Assembly: GCA_038087875.1 (NCBI GenBank)
Contig: CM076001.1
Coordinates: 1,984,001 to 2,048,000, forward strand
Reading direction: 5' to 3'
DNA length: 64,000 nt
From: Malacoraja senta
Taxonomy: Eukaryota
A program made the translations under genes and the position numbers. Shown here one piece after another: positions 47,037-57,891 of the stretch (positions are counted from its first letter, which is position 1; the number at the start of each line of letters is the position of its first letter). The notes under the pieces were generated by a model, which did no database searches, was not told where the DNA came from, and saw only the letters and a list, made by a program, of their open reading frames with translations.

Positions 47037-48204
47037 AGAAAGCGGGTAATTTACATGTTCTTTTCACTATCACAGTTAATGTGAGTGAACTCATAAGGGA
47101 GGGTGTTATATGGTGATATGGTTATGCCATTGGGGCAGTCAAGAAGACCTGTAGAATATTTCGAGCTAAATTTGCATGAAAGTTTACCTATATATCCTGT
47201 TCACTCTTTTCAGCGAATGCCGACGGTATTGGGCAGAAAATAATTTGTTTGGGGGCACAAATAGGTAGTGAATCTAATAGGATGCGGTGTTGCTTCAGTG
47301 GGAAAGGAGGGAACTAGTTCCAGTTCTATACGTGACCGCGCAAGGGCGCGTTCCTTTTAGAACTGGTACTTCACAGTTGCATCCGATGAAATCAGTGCTT
47401 CGTTGTATTGTCTTCGAGTAACACATCTAGTACCTGTTCTTTTACACAAAGACCCCTTATAGAAATTTAAATCTCTGGTAAAATAACATTTTAATGGCAT
47501 AAATCAAGGCCACTAATCAAGTCATTCTGATGTATATTAAATTGGACTTAGAGATTCCTGTCATTACAAATCGACGTCTGACATGTTCTTCATTTTAGTC
47601 CATGTTACATTGTGCAGCTGACACTGAGTGATGCAATGAAGTCCGGGTAACTGATCGTATAGATGTAGACCCTATTTTCTTAGAAGCATGCTGTTCACGT
47701 GCTGGTCGTACATTGTTGGAACAAACTCATCTTGTTTGTGATTGCAAATAAAATTTGACGGCCCAGATATTTAACTTTCTATTATTTTAATTGGGACAAT
47801 GGAGTGAGGCAGGAATATACAGTGGACTGCGCCTTGTTTCACACCGCGCCGTGAACTATTCTGGTATTTCTGTTCCAGGCACTCCCAATTCTATGTCCCA
47901 TAATACACTGTCAGGACTGGTCACATGTGGAGCCCGGGTCCCTCTGTGCAGCCTCATCAAAAACATTTCCACTTAATTCCCCCATGCATCACATTCAGCG
48001 ACTTTGTTCCAAGACATAAAATGATATAGCACGTAAACAGACCCATCGGTCGAACGTCCATGCCGATCAAAATGTCCCATTCCAGGTAATCCCATTTGCC
48101 CGCGGTCCCCGTTAAATCAATCCTATCCATTTGCCCGCTCAAATGTATTTCAAATAGTATTATACTTCCTGTCTCAACTAACTCCGCTGGCAGTTAGTTC
48201 CTTG

Positions 48205-49230
48205 TAGACAATAGACTAAAGACAATATACAATAGGTGCAGGAGTAGGCCATTCGGTTATTTGAGCCAGCACCGCCATTCACTGTGATCATGGCTGATCA
48301 TGCACATTCGGTGCCCCGTTCCTGCCTTCTCACCATATCCGCTGACCCCGCTATCTTTAAGAGCTCCATCTAATTGGAGGTTCGGCCGCGGGCCAGCGGA
48401 TGCTTCTGCAGGACTGGTGGGCGGCAGCTTCGACCACCCCGGGCCGCGGTGTTTGAGCCGCGGGACTGATTTAACATCGCCCGGTGGATATCGCCTCAGC
48501 GCAGAGGGAGAAGAGAAGGGAAGAGACTGCAGACCTAAGACTTTTGCCTCCATCACAGTGAGGAGATGCTGGGTGGACTCACTGTGGTGGATGTTATTAT
48601 GTGTTTATTGTTGTTTTGTTGTATTATATGTATGACTGCTGCAATTTCGTCCAGACGTCGATCTGAACGACAATAAAGGCATATCTATCTATCTATCTAA
48701 ATCTCTCTTGAAAACATCAAGAGAATTGACCTCCACTGCTTTCTCAGTCAGCGAATTCCACAGATTCACAACCCACTTAGTGAAAAGGTTTTCCCTCATC
48801 TCCGTTCGAAATACCCTACACCTTATTCTTAAACTGTGGCCCATAGTTCTGGACTCTCTCAACATCGGGAACATGGTTCCTGCCTCCAGCGTGTCCAATC
48901 CCTTAATACTAATTTATGTTTCAATAAGATCCCAACTCATCTTACTAAATTCCAGTGTATACAGGCCCATCCGCTCGATTCTATCCACATATGACAGTCC
49001 CGCCATCCCGGGAATGAACCTCGTGAACGTATCAGTAGCAAGAATGCCGTTCCTCAAAGCTGGAGACCAAAACTGCACACATTACTCCAGGTGTGGTCTC
49101 ATTAGGGCTCCGAACAACTGCAGAAGGACCTCTTGCTCCTATACTCAATTCCTCTTGTTATGATGGCCAACGTGCAATTATCATTCTCCACTGCTCCTGT
49201 ACCTGCAAGCTTACTTTCAGTGAACATCAC
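48205..49230 (-). mobile_element. CR1 3' portion with a nested SINE-like 3' fragment (48374-48694, + strand, TSD ATCTAA)
   Basis: CR1 peptides at 48689-48898. ATCTAA at 48368-48373 and 48695-48700. Confidence 0.8.
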
Positions 49231-50389
49231 CTTCTCAAGTGCAAACGTTTCCCTCATACACTCAGCCTCCAGCGCTCAAGATATCAGAGATCCGCCGTGG
49301 AAACAGGCGGATCTCTGATTACCAACCGATCTCTGATTACCAACGCTTACCAACGATCACCAACTTGCTAAATCGCTACTGACAGCACCGTACTCAGGTT
49401 CTAATCCAGGTGTCTGACACTGTAAGGGAGCAACTCTACCGCTGCGACAATATGCCGCCTAATTTAGTCCTACTCAGCTCAACCGATCCTTTTTGCGTGG
49501 TCGCTCGGGGGAGTATAGTAGAACTGTGATCTGGAACAACCTTCCAGTGAAGGCGTTGTCATGTTGCTGTTGTGGGAGAATTCCCAGACTATAGCGATGC
49601 AGAGAAGTAATTCAGTACCGGCTCATTGACCTCATTGAGCACAAACAGTAATCACTGCTTTAAGGTATTCGGACATTTGCGCAGTCGCCCATTGGGAAAG
49701 GCGCCAGGCGTATTTAAAGTGTTCAGTTTTACAGCCCTCACGTGAATATCCATCAGGGGATTTACTTTAGCAGTTGCTGTAGCTATGCATCTGGTGTCTA
49801 GTGATATATCCAGCGACCCAGATCTGGATTACTCAGCAGGGCCCAATGGTGAACCACCCATCTGCATTACTGCTAATCCGCCATTTGCGCTAGTAAATTT
49901 TGGTTTATAGACTCTTCCTATTCTTCCCGCGTCCCGGACGATTTTGCTGCTATTAGTGAAGGCCAATCAACACCTGAAATTAGAAAGTCTGCCAGGGTGT
50001 CGGTTAAGTGGAATTGTTTAACATAATTCTGACAATTCAGGGCCAGCCCATCCTCCATCCAGTGACACCCTCGTTTCTATAATTAAAACATAAAATTCTG
50101 CAGTTATTAAGCAGGCTATCCAGAACTGAGAGGGAGTGAAACAGAACAAACGTTTCAGATCTCTGGTCACATTCCCTATCCCGCTGCCAAGTGTCGTAAG
50201 AGCTCTTGTAATTCTCTGCAGCTAGCGGCTAATGATATGGAAACGGATTCCGGAGAAGCAGCTCGCAGTTGGAAACAATAAATCCACCAGGACACCTGCA
50301 CAGAATGAAAGCAAACCGACAATTGAGAGAGAACAGGAAAGCAGGCACATCCAACCGCATCAGCGGAGCAGAGAACAAGACAAAGGCGA

Positions 50390-50427
50390 TGTTTTTGTAA
50401 GGGGCTTAACTTGTTCCCATCACTGTG
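50390..50427 (-). other. Recombination signal sequence (23-type, 22-nt spacer) of the TCR V segment
   Basis: Minus strand: CACAGTG (50427-50421), 22 nt, ACAAAAACA (50398-50390). Directly abuts the V coding end. Confidence 0.9.
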
Positions 50428-50893
50428 CTCCTAAGTGCGCAGTAATAGACTGCAGAGTCGCTGAGATCCAGCCCTGAGATACTCAAGCTGATAAACTTAG
50501 TCGCGGTATTGAGCACAATAGAGAAACGAGTATCAACGTATTGGGCCTTATATTCATATTTGTTGGTGTCTCTCAACATAGTAAACTCGGGCTGCATGCC
50601 TCGATATTGTCGGTACCATAATAAAGTGTATCCAGTCCATGTGGTATCATAGTTACAGGTTAAAGTCACCGCTTCTCCTTTTGTCTTCTTCGCCGAGGGC
50701 AGTGGCTGTGTGACAGATTCCCCGTGAATCGTGACTGTAAAATAAATATATTGAGATACTAACAGACACCGGAGTGCCATGAGTTTGCACTTCTCAAAAG
50801 CGGACTGAGAAGGGCGAGGGGAACTGAAATATTTTATCCAGAATTACCTGTCAGAAATGCTCCCCACCCAACACAGATGCCGAGGAAACGCAT
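50428..50893 (-). CDS. T-cell receptor alpha/delta-type variable gene segment (TRAV/TRDV-like; leader exon 50848-50893, V exon 50428-50734)
   Basis: The 46-nt leader exon encodes MRFLGICVGWGAFLT and ends at G|GTAATT. A 113-nt intron ends TTTTACAG. The in-frame V exon reads (V)TIHG-ESVTQ...GEAVTLTCNY...LLWYRQY..QPEF...RFS...LSISGLDLSDSAVYYCALR. Canonical Cys/Trp/Cys, no stops, and an RSS follows. Confidence 0.92.
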
Positions 50894-52224
50894 TTTACCC
50901 GTTCACTCTGTACTAGGTGAGTTCCAAACTTGAAGAGACACAAACTGGAGCGTTTTCTCGGTCAAAGACCGTCTTCTGGTCTCTGGATGTTCGCTGTCAC
51001 TGCCCTGTGCCCCCCAGTGATGGAGTCAGAGATGTGGGTGGGCAGCGGGGCCTCAGCCAATTGAAATACACGTAGCCGGAATCCAGCTTTCACCCCGAGA
51101 GTAGTCGCATCCGCTTGAACAAACCGTGGTTGAGGAAGACATATTTGTTCTTGTAACCGGTAGTGAAGGTGCGAAACCTGAGATTGTTAAACGGAACAAT
51201 AATAATGTGCATATTCACAAATGGAATAGATCAGGTAAACTCACAGAGTCTCTTGGTCAGATTAGGGGGATCGAGAAACAGAGAACATAGATTTCAGGTG
51301 AGTGGGGAGGAAGATTTAATAGAGAGCAGAAGGGTAACTTTTTCATATAAAGGGGGCTTGGCGAATGGAACGAGCTGCCGGAGGTAGTAGTTAAGGCAGG
51401 CACAATCGCGAAGTTTAAGAAGACCTTTGACATGTACATGGATAGAACAGATGTTGAGGCATATGGGCGAAACGCATGCAGGTAGGACTCGTGTAGATGG
51501 AACATGTTGGCCGCTGTGGGCAAGTTGGGCCGAAGGGTGTGTTTCGAAGGGCAAGTTGGGCCGAAGGGTAAGACTCTATGATGCCATGATTCTAAAAAAA
51601 CATCACAGTATTAACGGCACCCGTCCAAAGGCGACAGGCAGTGGACATTTGTGCAGTCGCTTCGGCAGTGTCGAGAAAATGGCAGTTATTACGATGTTTT
51701 GATGTTTTCATTGAGAAGTGCACGTGATTTCTATAAGAAGTAAATTACAAGCAAATCCAGAAGGATGTGCAAGGAGCCATTTTCAATCAATGTTTTCAGT
51801 TCCACTCACGTTCATCTGCCATGTTTTGGCATATGACATTCATTCCTGAGGACTTCGTCCCACCGAGTCCACGCTGATCATCGATGACCCGATCACTTTC
51901 GGTCAGTGTTATTCCACTTTTCCATCTATTCTTTACACACTTGGTGCATGTTTACAGAGGCGAATTAACCTAAAATATCACACGTATTTGGGATACGGGA
52001 GGAAATCAGAGCACCTGGACGATACCGACACGGTCACAGCGAGACGGGAAAATTACACTCAGACATCACCCGACGACAGGATTGATCCCGGGTCTCTGAA
52101 GCTTTGAGGCAGCAGCTGCGCCACTGTGCCGCTCTGAACTTTAACCACAGCCAGCCGCAAACTAGGATTGGAATTTCCATGAATTGCAGCAGTATATCGA
52201 GTGGTCTGGTGATCTGCATTCTGC

Positions 52225-53945
52225 GCACAAACCGCTGCTGCCTGGATTCTGCTAACTTAAAGCACACGGTATTGGGGGATCAGTATTGATGTGGATAGAG
52301 AACTGGCTGGCAGACAGGAAGCAAAGAGAAGGAGTAAACGGGTCCTTTTCAGAATGGCAGGTAGCGACATGTGGGGTACCGCAAGGCTCAGTGCTGGGAC
52401 TCCAGCTATTTACAATATATTAATGATTTGGACGAGGGATTTGAATGCAACATCTCCACGTTTGCGGATGGCACGAAGCTGGGGGGCAGTGTTAGCTGCG
52501 AGGAGGATGCTAGGAGGCTGCAGGGTGACTTGGATAGGTGGGGTAAGTGGGCAAATGCATTGCAGATGCAGTATAATGTGGATACATGTGAGGTTATCCA
52601 CTTTGGTGGCAAGAACAGGAAAGTAGACTATTTTTTTTAATTTTTTTTTATTTGTATTTTATTAGAAGTACATTACATTACAACCACATACATTAGTATT
52701 TGTCATTTATATCTTCTTACAATTAATGTACTCCATTTATTTTTTACACTAGAAAAGGAAAAGATTGAAAGAAAGAAGAAAGTGAAGGAAAAAGTGAAAG
52801 TGTAGGAAATGTGACAACAAAAAAGGACGAAGACCCTATAAGAGCAAAATTAAAAACAAAAGAAAAAGAGTTAAGAATTAGACCCTAGGAAAGAAAGAGA
52901 AAGAGAAAGAGGAAAAAGAGAGAGACAAATATTTTTATGAGCATTACGTAAATGGGACATACCAACTCTTCAACTATCATCCCGCCTTACCTGACCTCAA
53001 TTTTTTTTTTAAGTACTTTTGCACCCTATGTTTGTAATAATTCTATAAATGCAGACCACGTCAGGTGGAAGTGATCTGGTTTGGTTTACCTGCTAGGAGG
53101 AGTCTTATCTCTTCTAGGTGTAATGTTTCAAACATATTTGAAATCCACATATTTATAGTTGGTATTGGAGTAGACTATTATCTGAATGGTGGCCGATTAG
53201 GAAAAGGGGAGATGCAACGAGAACTGGCTGTCATGCTAAACCAGTCATTGAAAGTAGACATGCAGGTGCAGCAGGCAGCGAAGAAAGCGAATGGTATGTT
53301 AGCATTCACAGCAAAAGGATTTGAGTATCGGAGCAGGGAGGTTCTACTGCAGTTGTACAGGGCCTTGGAGAGACCACACCTGGAGTATTGCGTACAGTTT
53401 TCGTCTCCTAATCTGAGGAAATACATTCTTGCCATAGAGCGAGTACAGAGAAGGTTCATCAGACTGATTCCTGGGACGGCAGGACTTTCATATTAAGAAA
53501 GAATGGATAGACTCGGCTTGTACTCGCTGGAATTTAGAAGATTGAGGGGAACTTATAGAAACTTACAAAATTCTTAAGGGATGGACAGGGTAGATGCAAT
53601 AAGATTGTTCCCGATGTTGGGGAAGTCCAGAGCAAGGGGTCACAGTCTAAGGATAAGGGGGGAGTCTTTTAACACCGAGATGAGAATATTTTTTTTCACA
53701 CAGAGAGTGGTGAATTTGTGGAATTCTCTGCCACAGAAAGTAGTTGAGGCCAGTTCATTGGCGATATCTAAGAGGGAGTTTGATGTGGCCCTTGTGGCTA
53801 AAGGGATCAGGGGGTGTGGAGAGAAGGAAGGTACAGGATACTGAGTTGGATGATCAGCCATGATCATATTGAATGGCGGTGTAGGCTCGAAGGGCTGAAT
53901 GGCCTACTGGTGCACCTATTTTCTATGTTTCTATGTTTCTATGAT
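52225..53945 (+). mobile_element. CR1 3' portion, interrupted by an L1 fragment
   Basis: STFADGTK (52371-52640), YRALERPHLEYCVQF (53065-53496), and a (CTATGTTT)n tail. Confidence 0.9.
52633..53168 (-). mobile_element. 5'-truncated L1-like 3' end with a poly(A) tail and an 11-bp TSD (AGTAGACTATT)
   Basis: TSD at 52622-52632 and 53169-53179. T-runs at the left end are the minus-strand poly(A). The CR1 is contiguous once the insert is removed. Confidence 0.75.
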
Positions 53946-56900
53946 TCCGTTCGTGGTCAGGGAGTATGGCGGGGATTTTTCTGTCTCCAGTGGAAACACT
54001 ATTAGACCGCGCACAGTTCACTCTGTGTAGTATCAGCGTCGCCGCCACCACGTGAACAGTCAGCAGCTCACTAACACTTAAAATGATATACTTATGCAAA
54101 ATACATCAACACTATTGCTACCAACGGGTAACATTACCATAATCCCGATAGGTTCAGGCGGCCAGGTGTTACAGAATCAAATTAATATTGAGATTCACAT
54201 TCAAAATATATCTCCAAAATCAAAGAAAAATTAAGCTAACAATGGCCCACAAATCATCTTTTCAAATATGCTAACTATACATCGTGTTTTCCGCAATGTA
54301 AACAAACCACTGGATATTGGAAGATAATTCAAATGCACTCTCGCTCACTTACTTGCTTGCTGGCAGTGTGAACAGTGAGGAGGATTCAGTGAGAATGACT
54401 TCGACAGGTTGGGTGAGATGCATGTCAGAAGCAATTAAATGTGACGTTAGCCACTTAATGAATGTAAGGTTAGCCAAGTAATTCCACATCACTGCATTAT
54501 CAATGCATTCCGATGATTTCGCCTTAATATCTGGAATAACGCCACATGCGGCCCCCCTGTCTGTTTTATTGATAAAAACATCGCTCCAAATATCACTATT
54601 TGATCAAGGACATTCCTTGCTGATATTTATTTCTGGTCATTTGGCACGTTATACGTTAAATTTTCTTATGATTTTCTTCATGAAGTGCCAACAGGTGAAA
54701 GATATTAATGCCGCTGCTGTATCCAATTGTATTCACTCCCACCTAGACAGGTCCATGTGATTTACATCATTTAGACCGCTGCACAGGAACCATTCTCGTT
54801 TGTTTTGAAGAGGAGCTCCAAGCGAAATCCAGGAAAATATTATTACTGGGTACATGTCAAATGAATTCAACAGTGTCTGGGAAGAGCAGTAGAAAGGTTG
54901 CAAATACCATATTACATCGCAGCATGTGTTGATAAGTGATCACAAGGTCATAAGTGATCGGTGCAGAATTAGGCCACTAGGCCCATCAAGTCTACCGCCA
55001 TTTAATCATGGATGATCCATCTCTCCCTCCCCCCCCCCCGCCAAACCCCATTCTCCTGCCTTCTCCCCATAAGCCCTGACACTCGTACTAATCAAGAATC
55101 CACATATCTCTGCCTGAAATATATAAATTGACGGCTTCCACAGCCTGGTGTGGCAAAGAACTCCACAGATTCCCCACCCTTTAATTAAATAAATTCGTCC
55201 TCCTTCTTCCCAAACGAACGCCATTCCATTTTGAGGCTATGACCTATGGTCGTAAATTCTCCCTCTAGTGGAATCATCCTCTCCACGCCCACTCTATGCA
55301 AACCTTTCACCATTCGGTAAGTTTCAATTTGGTCCCCCATGAAGCTTTCAAACTCCCGCGAATGTCGTCAAACGTTCATCATATTTTAACCGACTCATTT
55401 GCTGGGATCGTTGTTGTAAACGTCCTCTGGACCCTATCCGGAGCTGGCAGATCCTTCCTCAGATATGGTACCCACAATTGCTCACAATGCTCCAAAAGCG
55501 ACCTGACCAGTGCCTGATAGTGCCTCAGTATTGCGTACCTGTTTTTGTATTCTTGCCCTATTGAAATAGATGCTAGCATTGCGTTTGCCTTCCTTACTAC
55601 CAATTCGATTTTCAAATTACCTGGTTTGGGAATCCAGCACTATTACTCGCAAGTCCCTTTGCACCTTCGATTTCTGGATTCTCACCCCATTTTGATAATG
55701 GTCTACGCCTTTATTCCTACTATCAAAATGCTTGACTCAACACTTTGCTACTCAATATTCCATCTGCCACTTCTCTGCACACTCTCCCAACCTATCCAAG
55801 TCCTTATGTAAAATCCCAGCTTTCTCTACACTACCTGTGTATGGAGCATGCTGCCGGAGGATATAGTTGACGCAGGTACTGTCGCAACGTTTTACCAATA
55901 TTGCGACAGGTACATGGATAAGATATTTTAAGAGGAATATGGGCAAATCGTAGGCAGGTGGGGTGTGCAGATGGGGTACGTTGGCCATCGTGGGCAGATT
56001 GGGCCGTAGGACTATCTTTCACGCTGTATGACACCAGAGCTCTATTCCAAGTTCGAAGAACAACAACTCACCTTCCGCTCGTGCAAGCCACAAGTTTCTG
56101 GAGTTAACATCCGAGTCTTCAACGTTACTAAAGATCTCTTCCTCTTCATTTGGAAGACAATTCGGCATATCGACGCCTGTCTTGATTATATTGACTCTAG
56201 TGATAACGTTCACAACTTGAAATGTCAACTCACAACTTCGTTCACTCCAGAGGAATAAAATATCCTGACCTAAGTCTCTCTCGGAATTGGACATCTCCAG
56301 TCCTGGCAACATTTTTGTCATTAATACTCTGCCGCTCCCCAGATTAATGGTTGCTAACACATTGCGATCTGAACAACATTGCACGTGCTGTCTCGCCAAC
56401 GTCCCAGACCAGATGGTTAAACTCTACTTATACCCATCTGAGTGCGACACCTGCAGCGAAATAAGCCCACACCTCAAGCTATCTGAGGTAAACAATATCC
56501 TACCATCCCCATTCAAATTGATTCGCATTGGTAGTGAACAAGATGGAGATAAGGCCCTGTTTCCGTGCTGTATAACATGCAACTACCACTTACAGTGAGA
56601 CTTGTGTGAATATACCAGCCCCTCCCGTGAGGAAGAGTTGGCGCTGCGTCCCCTTTAAATATTTACCGACTCATGTTAGACTCCTGCCCTCTTTTAGAGA
56701 CCTATATCCGAGGAACAAAATAAAATACCTCAATTGATCACCTTGTCTTATTTTAACTCTCCATAACTCGTCGGGGTCTTGTTCGCTGCAGAGTGAAACC
56801 TCTGCATTATCCAGTCCATCTCACAATTCACACCGTCCAATATTATTACCATTCTTGTGAGGAGAGCTGTATACTCCCTAGTTTATATGGATCCGTAATG

Positions 56901-57812
56901 AATTATTTCGAAAAATAATATCTCTGTTCCTGTGCTGTACTGCTCTGTGAAGATTTTTTTCTGTGAATTGCTTCGTTTGAGTGCAGCAGACATGACACAT
57001 CTTTCTTTGGTCAAGACTTTCTTCAGAATGATCTATCCCCAAACATTTACAGCCAGTCAGGGTCTCCTTAACCCATTCAATTAGTTCTATCATCTTGCAA
57101 ATCAACATTCGTGATATCTTCAACGGATTAATGCATTGAGAAGATTTCGACCTAATATCTGGAATAACATCAAAAACTGTTAATCTCTGTGTTTTATGAA
57201 TTAACACATTTCCTGAAAGATAACCTGTTGATCAAGCATATTTCTAGCCGATGTTTATTTCCAGTCAGTTGTCACGTTACACATTATATTTGCCTATTCT
57301 TTACTTCATGATGTGCCAACAGTTAAAAGATATTAATGCTGCTGTTGTAGCTGAATTGTATACGATGTCGTCTAGAAGGTTCCCTGTGATTTACATAATT
57401 TACACCCTGCCCAAAAATGATTATCTTTCCTTTTGAAAGGGAGCTCCACGGAAATTCCAAGATCAAATTATTAATGGGTACATGTTAAATGAATGGAGCG
57501 GTGTCTGGAAAATGCAATACCAATGCTACAAATAAAATACTGTATTACATCGCAGCATGTGTGGATAAATGCTATATGACATGTATTTAACTGCATCTGT
57601 GTGCCACGCATTAAAATTTAAAAATAGAATGTGCAGTCGTATCTTACATTTCCCTTGTGCGGTTGGTACTCAGCTGGTGGCTGAGTAGCGAGCGATCGCA
57701 TAATGAGTTTGATCGCTTTGCATCACCTGGGAGCAACCTATTTGTTCAACGGTCCACAACGGATGTCCGCGGGGAGGTGAATGCACGCTGTCCTTCACTT
57801 TTTTTCCAGGAA

Positions 57813-57820
57813 TATAAATA
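57813..57820 (+). promoter_or_regulatory. TATA box of GPCR gene 3
   Basis: TATAAATA about 80 nt upstream of the ATG. Confidence 0.7.
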
Positions 57821-57891
57821 TAGCGGTTTGACTTCTCACTTTGACTTCTGTACGTTTTGCACTGCATAACTGGAGACGGCTTGACGGAGAA

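Noticed and set aside
49620-49880. Possible additional V relic between the GPCR pseudogene and the intact V
   Set aside because: Only scattered short matches. No consistent Cys/Trp/YYC spacing or RSS in any frame I could read.
50735-50780. ORF-track start (MALRCLLVSQYIYFT) as a single-exon V leader
   Set aside because: This stretch is intron. A canonical 46-nt leader exon with a GT donor lies at 50848-50893, and a TTTTACAG acceptor ends at 50735.
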